A program made the translations under genes and the position numbers. A model generated the notes under the pieces. It saw only the letters and a program-made list of their open reading frames with translations. It made no database searches and was not told the origin of the DNA. A stretch of 57,738 nucleotides of DNA, counting the filler, from Rhizaria sp. SCN 62-66 (lineage: Eukaryota), in assembly GCA_001724265.1 (NCBI GenBank). It is 2 parts of 2 records of this genome, joined end to end, with 100 filler letters (N's around TTAATTAATTAA, not from the genome) between each part and the next. Parts side by side here need not be neighbours in the genome. Positions count along the whole stretch, not along the records: positions 1 to 29,875 come from MEDY01000395.1; 1 more part is not named here. One strand, 5' to 3'. Numbering within the stretch: the stretch's first letter is position 1; each line of letters begins with the position of its first letter. Of the stretch, positions 10,742-22,700 are shown in pieces.

Positions 10742-13700
10742 ATGCCGTCCGTTCGACCCGGATTGGGTCTGGCGTTCGCGGCCTTGGCCCTATTGCTTGG
10801 GCTCTTCGTCCCCGGACCATTGCATACCACCGCGATTGTCGTAAACGGTACAGACTACTCAAACTTTCCCAGCTACTCAGACGGCTTTTGGTTTGGTGAT
10901 TGGGAGGTTGCGTCTGCACACGAAGCATACGAAATCCCCGGCCACAACTGCGCGAATGTTCTCAACTACCCGTTCTACGGCGACGATGAGACCTACATCT
11001 ACTCTCGCCTGTGCGATGTCGGTGGCTGTCGCTACTACATGCCGTACGGGATGCCACTGGAGCTCGCCAATGCAATTGGCTGCCGCGACGATGGCGGCAC
11101 GTACTGCGGCGAGCGTCGTCCTGGGCCCGTGCAGTGCTTCTGCGACGATGCGTGCTGTAGTCAGAATGACTGCTGCTGGAACAATGTGCTGCTGTGTAAG
11201 AGCCCTATAATCTCAAGCGCACAGCCCGCGCGCGCGGCCACAGGTCCCGCTGGCACGACTGTCGTGACGCTGTCCGGCGAAGGCTTTTCCTGCCGTGGCT
11301 CTACGACCGACCCGCCCGCGGCGGCGCGCGTCACGATGCACAACATGCGTGGCCTGCCGCGGCCTGCGGACGAGATCAGTCCCAACGCAGTGTCCGTGCC
11401 TACCACCAATGTTCTCAACTCGAATCAGCTTCAGGTTGAGTTTCTGCTGCCCGAGGGCTACGGCCCGGACTGGTACTTCTTCCTGGTGAACTGCTACGAG
11501 CTGCGAAGCCCCGCGTCGGCGAACCTGTTCTCATACACGCCGCCGCAGCTCAACGCCATCTCGCCTTCGTCGGGCGCCACGCGCGGCGGTGTCGCCGTGG
11601 GCGCGATGACGACGATCAAAGGCACGAGCTTCGGCAGCGCGTCTGTGCACAGTACGGGCGTGACCGTGGCGCGCTTCTACTGTACTACTAACTCCGGTGG
11701 CACCAAGACTGTGGCGACGACCGTGACGTCTGGCTCGTCTGTGACCGGACACACGGACTACGTGTTCCACCACCCCGCGGGCGAGGGCGTGTGTTCCGTC
11801 TCGCTTGAGATCAGCGCGCTCTCCGTCTCGGTCTCGCGCGTATATTTTTCGTACCGCGCGCCGCAGCTCAAGTCCGTTACGCCCTCAACGGCGCTGCTGC
11901 CGGGCACGCGGCTCACGATCGTCGGGACGGACTTTGGCGTTAGTGGCACTAATACCATCACGGTCAACGGCGTGGAGTGTGTGTTTGTGAGTCAAACCAC
12001 GACGGGCACCGGTAACCTTGATGACCGTATCATCTGCACTGCACCCAACGGATCGCGCGCGAATCAGCCGGTGATGTTGATGACGGGCAGCCAGTACAGT
12101 AACGTGCTCCTTGCGTCGTACGCCGCGCCCATCATCACATCGGTGTCCCCAGTGGTCGGTGTTACGGCTGGCAACACAGCCTTCACGATCAATGGCAGCG
12201 GCTTCTACACCGAAGGCATTCTCCTGATGGGCGGCACGACATATTCCAGCATAGCTAACGCATCCATGTTCACAAGCTGGGCGCCCACACGCATTATCCT
12301 CCGCACGCCTCCGGGCCAGGGCAAAAACGTCGCCATTTACCTCCTTGTCGGTGACCAGCTGTCCGACGTCAACACAGCCTTCTCGTACACTGCTCCCACA
12401 ATCGCATCGATGAACCCAGTTTCTGGCAACGCCGCCGCGCGCGTCGGGAGCAACGTCGTGATCACCGGAAATAACTTTGGTCTGTCGCCAGCAGCCACCA
12501 TTAACGGACTTGAGTGTGTACTGCAAAGCAGTACTCACACGACACTCAGTTGTACAATTCCGTCTGGCTACGGTACGGCCAAGCCGGTCGTCGTGACTGT
12601 CGGTGGACAAGCGTCAGCTGCATTCAGCTGGAGCTACGCGCCGCCGCTCCTCCAATCACGCACTCCGACTACAGGCGCCACTGAGGGTGGCTACGCGCTC
12701 ACGCTTGTTGGCCTAAACTTCGGCGACACGGGCAGCGTGTTCCTGTCGACCTCCACCACTGCCACCAGCGGCATCAACTGCATCAGCTCAGTGTGGAACG
12801 TCACCACGATCATTTGCGCACTGTCTGCGGGCAGTGGCAAGAACTTGTACTTTTATATCTCCTCCGGTGGCTACGTCACGCGCCAAACATTGACCTTTTC
12901 TTATAGCGCACCGACGCTGACGTCCGTGACCCCGACCGCGGGTCCGACGGGTGGCGGCACACAGCTCGTGCTCGTCGGCACGAACTTTGGTACTGGCACT
13001 GTTGCCCAGTCCACTGGCGTTACTATTACGTACAGCGCTAAGGCCGGTGGTTCGACGTGCACCCTTCAGTCGCGCGACCATTCGCTGATTATCTGTACCA
13101 CAAACGCCGGTTATGGCACTGTGCACACGCTCGTTGTGACGATTGATACCCAAGCTGCGACTCACGTCAGTGGCACGAAGACCTTTAGCTACGACCTGCC
13201 CGTCATTACGACCATCACGAACCGCGCCGCGCCAACGAGCGCGAGCCCTGAGACGTTGATGACCATCATCGGCACGTCGTTCGGCGCCACCAACGGCACT
13301 GTGCGGCTCGGCTCAGTGCCGTACTTGTGCCCCGCGACGGAATGGTCGCATTCGCGCATCGTGTGCCGCATCAGTCCCGGCGCGGGCGGTGATCTGCCGG
13401 TGACTGTGGTCATGGGCTACAACTCCTCCGTCACGGTGACCACGCCGACGTACACGATGTCTTACAACTCGCCGTCCATTGTGGCCGTCACGCCGAACCC
13501 CGTTGTGTCGGCCGGTACTATTCCCATCACAGTGCAAGGATCCAACTTCGGTCCCTACGACGGTGGCACCACGGTCGCGATCAATGGCAACAATTGTGCT
13601 GTGACTTCGCAAACGCACTCGCAAATCGTGTGCACTTCGCCTCCGGGCTGGGGCACGGGACTCAGTCTCATCGTGAATGCACGCAACCAGGCGTCCAACT

Positions 13701-16700
13701 CGTACGCGTTCTCCTATTCTTCGCCCGTCATCACCAGCATCACGCCCTCGGGGCTCACGCCGCTGGGTGGCGTTGATGTGACTGTAGTCGGCACGTCGTT
13801 TGGTCCCGGCACGCCTGCGCCGTTTGTTTCGTTTGGCTCCGCGGACTGCGTGGTCAAGTCGCGGACGCACACGCAGATTGTTTGCACGCTGCCACCTGGT
13901 GCGGGCACCGTCGCTGTGCAGGTTACTGTCGACGTGCTCGTGAGTAACTACTTTAACTACAACTACGCGACGCCGACGATCCTGAGCGCCGGCGCTGCGT
14001 GCCACCCCACGCGCGGCGGCTCAACGCTCTCGCTTACGGGCGCGTACTTCGGCTCCGAGGCCCCCACGGTGCGCATCTCGAACCGTGAGTGCGTGGTGAC
14101 GTCGTACAATGCGGTGACGCAGGCCTCGCTGGAGTGCACGACGCCGGCGACTGAGGGCAAGAACCAGACCATCCTGGTGTCTACCGGCGGCAAGACCGCG
14201 TCTGCGACCATCTTCAACGTCTGTGCTCCCGCCATCACGAGCATTACCACGTCCAACGGCTTGCACCCGACGACGTCGCACGTCATCACCGTCATCGGCA
14301 ACTACTTTTCCGACTCTGGTATCGTGCAGATGAACGGCTATGTGTGCACCAGTCCGACCCGCTCAGTCGCCAGCGACGCGGCCAAGGACCAGATCGTGTG
14401 CACCGTCGTTGCCGGCGCGGGCCGCAATCTGCCGACCATTGTCACCGTTGCAGGCCAGGCCTCAGCGGCTGCATTGTACCACTACGACGCGCCTGTGCTT
14501 CAGACGGCCAGCATTTACGCCTCTGACACCGCTGGTGGCGCACTGGTGACGCTGACAGGCATCAACTTCGGCCCCGCCGGCACGGGCGCTGTCACTCTCG
14601 GTGGCCGTCTCTGTACGTTGGCATCCAACGGCTGGTCGCACAGTGAGGTTCGCTGCTATGTGCCTGCGGGACAGGGCCTGGGTCTCAACTACACTCTCAC
14701 GCGCGTGAGCGAGTCGTCGACCATCACGAGCCAACTGTTCAACTACAGTCCGCCGACGCTCACGGGCGTGTCGCCCTCCTCGATTGTCACTGCCGGCGCC
14801 GTTCCCATCACGCTCACCGGAACCAACTTTGGCGTCCTGGGCGGCGCCACGGTCTACGTCCAGGACCAGTCGCCCAGCGACAACACGAACAGGTCATGTG
14901 TTGTCACATTCCAAACGCACACGCAGATCGTATGCAATGCGCCACAGGGCTTCCGCGCTCTCGTCAGTGTGAGCCTTGATGTCAGCACGCAGCTGGCCGC
15001 GCTCAGTAACAGCTATGGCTATGATCTGCCGTACATGTACGCGCTGTCGCCGTCGCTCTACTCCACCGGCGGCTCCTCGGGTGCTACGGACAGCATGACT
15101 ATCACCGGTGTCTCTTTTGGTGAGCTCCCGGGTATCGTGCGTTTCTTCTTCCCTGAGGGCACGCAGGACGTGACTGGTGCAGCCATCACGTCGTGGACAC
15201 ATGATCGCGTTGTTGTCAAAGTCCCCGTGGGCTCTGGCCGTGACATCCCCGTGCGAGTCATCAGCTCTGTAGACCGCGCGCATCCGACACAGAACCTGAC
15301 GTACTCGTACTCACCCGCCTCCCTGACGTCCATCTCGCCCATCAGCATGGTCACAGGCCCGGAGTCAAGCGGCAGCCGCGTCCTCACGATCAATGGTCTG
15401 TCGTTTGGCCCGACGAAGGCCGAATCGACGCTCTTCGTTGGTGAGCTTGAGTGTCCTGTCATATCGTGGTCGCACTCGCAGATCAAGTGCACAGTGCCGG
15501 TGTCGCAGGGCATCAACCTGCCCGTCGCGCTCACTGTCTCGGGCAAAGAAGCCAACCACATCATGTTCTCGTTTGCCAACCCTGTGGTGACGGGAGTGAC
15601 TCCGCAAAACAGCGCGACCACTGGTGGCGTTGACATTACCGTCGCGGGCACCAGCTTTGGCGATCCTGACACGGCGTCCTCCTACCACGATGACCCTGTC
15701 GAAGTGACCGTCGGTGGCCTGCCCTGTCCTGTCGTCGGCGGTACGTACACGCACGAAAAGATCATCTGCACGCTGCCTCCCGGTGTCGGTACCAAGAACG
15801 GCGTTGTGGTCAAGGTTGGCGTCCTCGTCTCCAACTCGGTCGATTACGTCTACGCGGTGCCCTCGCTCTCTTCCCTGTCGCCCACCACAGCCGATACCGA
15901 AGGTGCGCTGCTCACGGTCACGGCCTACGAGCTCGGCGCCAGCATCAGCCTTGTCGGCGTCTCGGTCGGCGGACTTGTCTGCGTGATCCAGAGCAACGAC
16001 CTGCTGATGGTTGACAATAGTGACCCCACGCGGCCGCTGCAGAGTTTCACTTGCTTGCTTCCGACGGGCACGGGCAAAAACCTTGCTCTTTCTCTCTCTG
16101 TCAGTGATAGCACCGTGACTGTGCTAAACCAATTCAGCTTCAACGACCCGCACAATGTGACCGTGTCGCCGCTCAACTGGCCCTCAAACGGTGGCGTCAC
16201 AATGTTGTTTGCAGGCCGCTCCATGTCCATCTCTCCCACGTTCCGCATTGGCTCGAATCTGTGTCTGGACGTGCACACAGCAGAGGCGCACCGTAATTTC
16301 ACGTGCACGCTGATGCCCGGTCAAGGCACGTTGCTCGCGTTGTCCATGACTATCGGCACGACGACGTATCCTCTCAACGGCACCTTCAGCTACGACCCGC
16401 CGAATATTCTCTCTGTGACGCCGCTCACGGGCCCCACTGCCGGCGGCACTGTGCTTACCATCACCGGCGTCTCACTCGGCACTAGTGGCTCCGTTACCAT
16501 CGGCGGCACCATTTTGGGCAACGTCGTCACCGGTGGCGCTGCATGCGCCGTGATCTCGGGCTCATATTCGCACTACGGTCTGCGCTGCACCGTGCCGCCC
16601 GGCATGGACCAGGGCTACGCGGTGCGGCTGCAGAGCGCGGAACGCTTTGATATCAAGGTGCCTTCGTTCGAGTTCTCGTACGATGCGCCGACTGTGTCCA

Positions 16701-19700
16701 CTGTTTCCCCCAGCAATGGCCCCGCCGTGGGCCACTCTGCGTCTGCGCCATTCTTGCTCACGATCACTGGCATCAACTTCGGCCTCGCGACTGCGGCAAC
16801 GGCGGGCACGAGCTTCGTCACCGTTGGTGGCTCGTCGTGCCCTTTCACACTTTGGACGCACGTGCGTATCGAGTGTGAACTGCCTCCGGGCTTCGATCAG
16901 GCCGCGGTTGTGGTCTCCGTCGGCACGCCGGCGCGCACTTCCGGCACCACGTATCAGTACAAGCTGCCCGCGCTGACCACGATTTCGCCGCTCAATGGAC
17001 CCACCACAGGTTCTGCAATCACTCTTACGGGCACGAATCTGGGCGCTGTGTCGCTGCCGCGCACTTTCCATGCGTCACTCACAGGCCAGGCCGCTGAGAT
17101 TTTGATCGCGACCTCCGGGGCCACCATGACGGAAGTCACGGCGACTGTGGGTGCTGGTGTCGGACGCAACCTGCCATTCAATTTGTTTGTCTCGTACGAT
17201 AATGCTGGTGTCGCGCGCAATCGCACATTGTCAACGTCGCTGCTCTATAACTATGATCCGCCCACAGTCACTGCTATCTCGTCGGCAGACTGTGACTCTG
17301 ACGTTACTAACACCAAGATCGTCGACTGCCCTGTGCGCGCTGCTGGCATCACTATCACCATCACTGGCACCAACTTTGGTGCGCCTGCGCCCCACGCGGC
17401 CCCAGTTGCACACCTCGCCGCGCCCGATTGCGTCGTCGCGTCGTGGACCCACACGCAGATTGTGTGCACGGCTGTCGGTGCCGTTGGCTACGAGCTCGAC
17501 GTGCGCGTGGCGCAGAGTGACGCATCCGTCACCTTTGCGAAATCGGTTTCATTCAAGGGTCCCAAGCTTAATGGCATTGTGTCGCCCCCAGGTGGTGTGC
17601 TCTCATCGACGTATGCGAGCCAGGAAGTGCAGATCGCCGTCGATGATGCTCCAGGTGTATACGTGGGCATCTCGGTCACCTTTGGTCCTGCGAGCGATCC
17701 GGCTCAGTTCGTCTGTGCGGCTCCGTCACTCAGCGCGGGCGTCATTACATGCACTGTGCCCCCTGGTGTCGGTATGGACCTCGTGTTCGTTGCGCGCTTC
17801 GACATCGACGGCTCACTATACCAGGTTTCGCAGGCTTCGACGGGCTCGGTGACGTACCCCGCGCCGGCTTTTGTGGCCTCTTCGCTGGCGATGTTCTCGA
17901 CGCCCCTCGACGTCACAGACTCGCTTATTGGCACCGTGTCGCAGGGCCAGCTGCTCATCTTCGACATGACCAACACCGGTGTCGACGCCTCGCTGATCAA
18001 GATCTACTACTTTAACAGCGACTACGAGAACGAGTGCACGGGTGTGCAGTTCTACACCCCCACCCCTGCTGATCCGCGCACAATTCAGTGTGCCACGCAA
18101 GCCTCGCAAGGTGCGCCTCACGACGGCTACAAGTTCCGTGCCGTTTTGCTGAACCAGAACTCGTCTGCGCCATCGACCTTTGTCTACGCGTACCCCGAGC
18201 CGCCCGTCGTCGGCAAGGTCACCACGGACGCTGCCAACTGCGAAGAGTCTGGTGACGGCATTGCGGATTGCGTGACCGCGGGCAATTTCGTCATCACTAT
18301 CGCCGGTTCTAAGTTCCCCACCAATGGCGCCACGGTCCGCGTCGGTCAGTACGAGTGTCCGCTGTTGTCCAACACGCAGGAGCAAATCTTGTGTACACTG
18401 CCTTCTGGCGCTGGCCGCAACCTCGCCGTCGTCGTCACGTCCGGCAGCACGTTCTCCACTGCGCGCCGCCTTGTGTCGTACGCCTCGCCTGTGTTGCTCA
18501 CGATAACGGGCTGCACGGCGAGCTCCGCGACTAAGATCATTGACTGTTCTCGGCTCACACAGCCCGTGCTGACGATCACAGGAACCAACTTCGGTCCCAC
18601 GGGAGCGACCATTTACATGGGCGACCATGTGCTGTCTGTCACACACGATGCTGCCACTCCTAACAGCAAGGGCACCTTCACGCTGCCGCAGGGCTATGGC
18701 CTCGACCGCGCGTTGCTGCTCATGCAGGCTGGTGGAAGCTCCGGCTCTGGGCTCTATGTCTCCTACGAGCCCTGTCCCTCGGGCACCTACGAGCAGTCCG
18801 CTATCGCGTGTCTCCCGTGCGCCGCGGGCTACTTCAGCAACATCCCCGGCACCGCCGCGTGCTCGCCGTGTAATCCGGGCACGTACCAGCTCACCACCGG
18901 CCGCACCATCTGCGACCAGTGCCCCGTGGGCAAGTACAGCGCGGATCTGGCGCGCAGCAGCAACTGCCCCGACTGCGCACCAGGCTACACCTCGGTTGCT
19001 GTTGGGCAGACGCAGTGCACACCTTGCGCCGCCGGTACATACCGTACTGTCTCTATGACTGCTTGTACGTCCTGCGTGGCGGGCCGCTATGCCAATCTCG
19101 TCTCTGCCGCCACGTCGTGTCTCAGCTGCGCCGCCGGTACTTTCTCGTCCGCGCGCGCTGTCACGTGTAACTCCTGCTCGCAGGGCACGTACTCGGCCGC
19201 TGCGGCAACGGTGTGCACGGCCTGCGCCATCGGCAAGGTTCAACCACTGACGGGAAGCTCCATGTGTAATGACTGCGTGCAGGGCACCTACATGCCCAAC
19301 ACCGGTCAGGCCGTGTGCTTGCTCTGTAACGATGGCACCTGGTCTGCGCTTGGCCGCACAGTGTGCACCAACTGCGTGCGCGGCAAGTACGCTGCTCGCG
19401 CGCCTTCGTCCACGGTCGGCCCCACTGTCTGCACTAACTGCGCAGAAGGCTACTATGCCGAGAACGAGGGTCAGCCCGCGTGCACCGAGTGCCCTCTTGG
19501 CCGCTACACCAACACGACTGGTCAGTCTGCGTGTCTGCTGTGCGCTGAGGGCAAGTATGGCCCCACCACGGCGCGCACCAGCTGCCAGCTGTGCGGCATC
19601 GGCACCTACCAAGACCTTGTGGGCACCGCGGCGTGCAAGCAGTGCGAGACGGGCAAGTCGCAGCACGTGACTGGCCAGAGCGTGTGCTTGCCCTGCGCGC

Positions 19701-22700
19701 AGGGCCAGTATGCGGCCACTCCGGGCCATCAGTACTGCGACTCGTGCGCCATGGGCCGCTATGCCGACGACATTGGCAGTGTTGCTTGCGCGCCCTGCGC
19801 GTCAGGCCGCTTCTCCAACGCCGCCGCGACGGCGCAATGCACGGCCTGCCCTTCTGGTTCCTACTCCACGCGCATTGGCGAGGACGTGCTGACGTCCTGC
19901 TCCAACTGTGTCGCCGGCAAGTTTGCCCCCGCGTCCGGCCAGGCGGCGTGCACGGACTGCCCTCTGGGCTCGATCAGTGCTGGTCCTGGCCGCACTGCGT
20001 GCGCCAACTGCCAAGCTGGCACGTACAACGATGAGCTCAGCATGTCTGTGTGCAAGTCGTGCGTTGTGGGAACTTTCTCGCTCGCTGGTGCCAGCTCCTG
20101 CTCACCGTGCCCCGTCGGGCGCTACACCGCGAGTCCCGGCGCGCAGGCGTGCGTCGAGTGCGCGGCCGGCCGCTACGGTGCCACGGCTGGGCTCTCTATC
20201 TGCTCTAGCTGCCAGCCCGGTCGCTTCATCGGCGTCAAAGGTCAATCTGCGTGTATTGAGTGCCCTGCTGGCCGCTACACTTCTGGCTCGCAGCCCACGG
20301 TCTGCAGCCTGTGTCCCGTGGGCAAGTTCCAGACGTCGCCCGGTCAGAGCACGTGCGAGGACTGTCCCGCGGGCCGCTTCACGGCTTCAGCTGGCCAGGC
20401 CAACTGCATGCTGTGCGCGCGCGGCGAGTACGCCAACACCACGGGCTCTGAGCGTTGCCGCTCCTGTGAGCGCGGAACTGTGGCAGGCTCTGAGGGTCTC
20501 TCGGTGTGCGAGGCCTGCGATGCCGGTCGGTACGCGCCGACGACACGCTTGGCGGCGTGTCTGGACTGCCCCGCTGGCTCGATGAACACGGCCACGGGTG
20601 CCTCTGCGTGTTCGCTGTGCACTGTGGGCAAGCACCAGACTGGCGAAGGCAGCACAATGTGCACGGACTGCGAGGTTGGTCGCTATGCGCCCGCTCTTGG
20701 GCTGCACACGTGCATTGCCTGCAAGGCTGGAACATTCCAGAACTCGACAGGCACGTCCACTTGCCGCCGCTGTGCACTTGGCACGTTCTCGGCCGTCTCT
20801 GGGCTTACTGCGTGCATCAATTGCGATGCAGGGCGCTACGCACCTGCACAAGAAGCTGTCACTTGCCTAGCCTGCTCTCGTGGCCACTACCAACCGCTGC
20901 AGGGCCAGAGCGACTGCCTGTCGTGCCCCACTGGACAGATTCAGCCGGCGACGGGCATGAGCATCTGCTCTGACTGCCTCGCCGGCACGTTCCAGGCGCA
21001 AATCGGCCAAGGCAGCTGCACGCTGTGCGGCGCCGGCGAGTACCAAGACGCGCCCGGTACGACGTCGTGCAAGCCGTGTGAGCCGGAAACGTACTCGGTC
21101 GTGACCAATACGACAGCGGGCGCATCTGTCTGCACGGCCTGCCCTGCGGGCCGCACGCAGCCCTCTCCCGGTCAGGCGTCGTGCAATCTGTGCGCGCCCG
21201 GCAAGTTCACCGCCACCACTGGCTGTGAGGACTGCCCCTTGGGTCACTACCAGGACCAGAGCGGGCAGAACTCCTGTCTGCCGTGTCCCACTGGGACGTA
21301 CGGCCCTGACACGGCCATGCTCACGTGTCTGCCCTGCGGTGTCGGCAGTTTCACCAACGACACGGGCCGCACCGAGTGCGACAAGTGTGCGGCGGGCGAG
21401 TACCAGGATGTCCCATCTTCGACCACCTGCAAGCCCTGTGCCGCGGGCACCGTCACGGCAGCCGTCGGCCAGGCCGTCTGTGGACACTGTCCCGCTGGCC
21501 GTTACGACGCGAACCCATCGGGTTCTGCCCGCACAGCTTGTACATCGTGTGAAGCGGGCAAGTTTCAGACGGACGTTGGCACGACAGCATGTCTGGACTG
21601 CGGACTGGGTTATTTCTCGGCGAACGTTGGTCAGGTTGACTGCATCGAATGTCCTCAGGGCAAGTATACAAGCAGCTATGGCACCGTCGAGTGCACGAAC
21701 TGCGAGTTGGGCCGTTACTCCGACGTTATCGGACAACTCATGTGTACTGACTGTGCCACGGGCCGGTTTGCGCCCGAGACCGGCTCTTTCTCGTGCACAA
21801 ACTGCCCTGCTGGCAAGATCCAGTCCACAATGGGCCAGTCCGAGTGCGTTGACTGCGAGAACGGCAAGTTCATCGATGTCGCTGGTCGCTCTACGTGCAG
21901 CTTATGCCTGCCCGGCACCTACGCCGGTGGCGTGGGCCTTACGGCGTGCGCTGACTGCGCCCCTGGTGAGTATACTGCTGGCTACGGCGAGGAAACCTGC
22001 ACGTCGTGCGATGCTGGTAAGTTTCAAGTGAACCGCGGACGCTCTTATTGCAACGAGTGCTCCGCCGGTCGCTTCTCTCCCCTTGCGCACGCCGTTTCGT
22101 GTTCAGCCTGTGCGCCCGGTACGTACACTGGTATTGAAGGCCAGTCTGTGTGCGTCGATTGCGAGGCGGGCAAGTACCAGTTCAACGCTGGATTCAGCGC
22201 CTGTGACGAGTGTCCTGCGGGGTCCTTCACTGCGAAGACGCGCCAGACGCGCTGCTCACCCTGCACGTCGGGCACGTACGCTAATACGACTGGGTTCACG
22301 CAGTGCACGGATTGTAATCCTGGCCGGTATTCCATGCTTCTCGGCACAATTGGCCCCACAACTTGCTCAGAATGTGCTGTCGGCCGCTACCAGATCGCGT
22401 ACGGGCAGGGCGCGTGCGTCGAGTGCCTGCCGGGTCGCTACACCAACAACACTGGCTCTTTGTTGTGCCCGCAGTGTGATGTGGGCTCCTACACGGCTGA
22501 CATTGAGAGCCAGGAGTGCGAACTCTGTCGCGCGGGCACGTTCTCCTCGCGTGAGGGTTCCATGATTTGCACCGAGTGCGGTGTCGGCTACTACACGGCT
22601 GCGCCGGGAGCTAGTGCGTGCCTCGCCTGTGGTGCTGGCAAGTACCAGGACGTCTCTGGCGGCTCCGTGTGCAAGACATGCCCTGGAGGCTACTACCAGC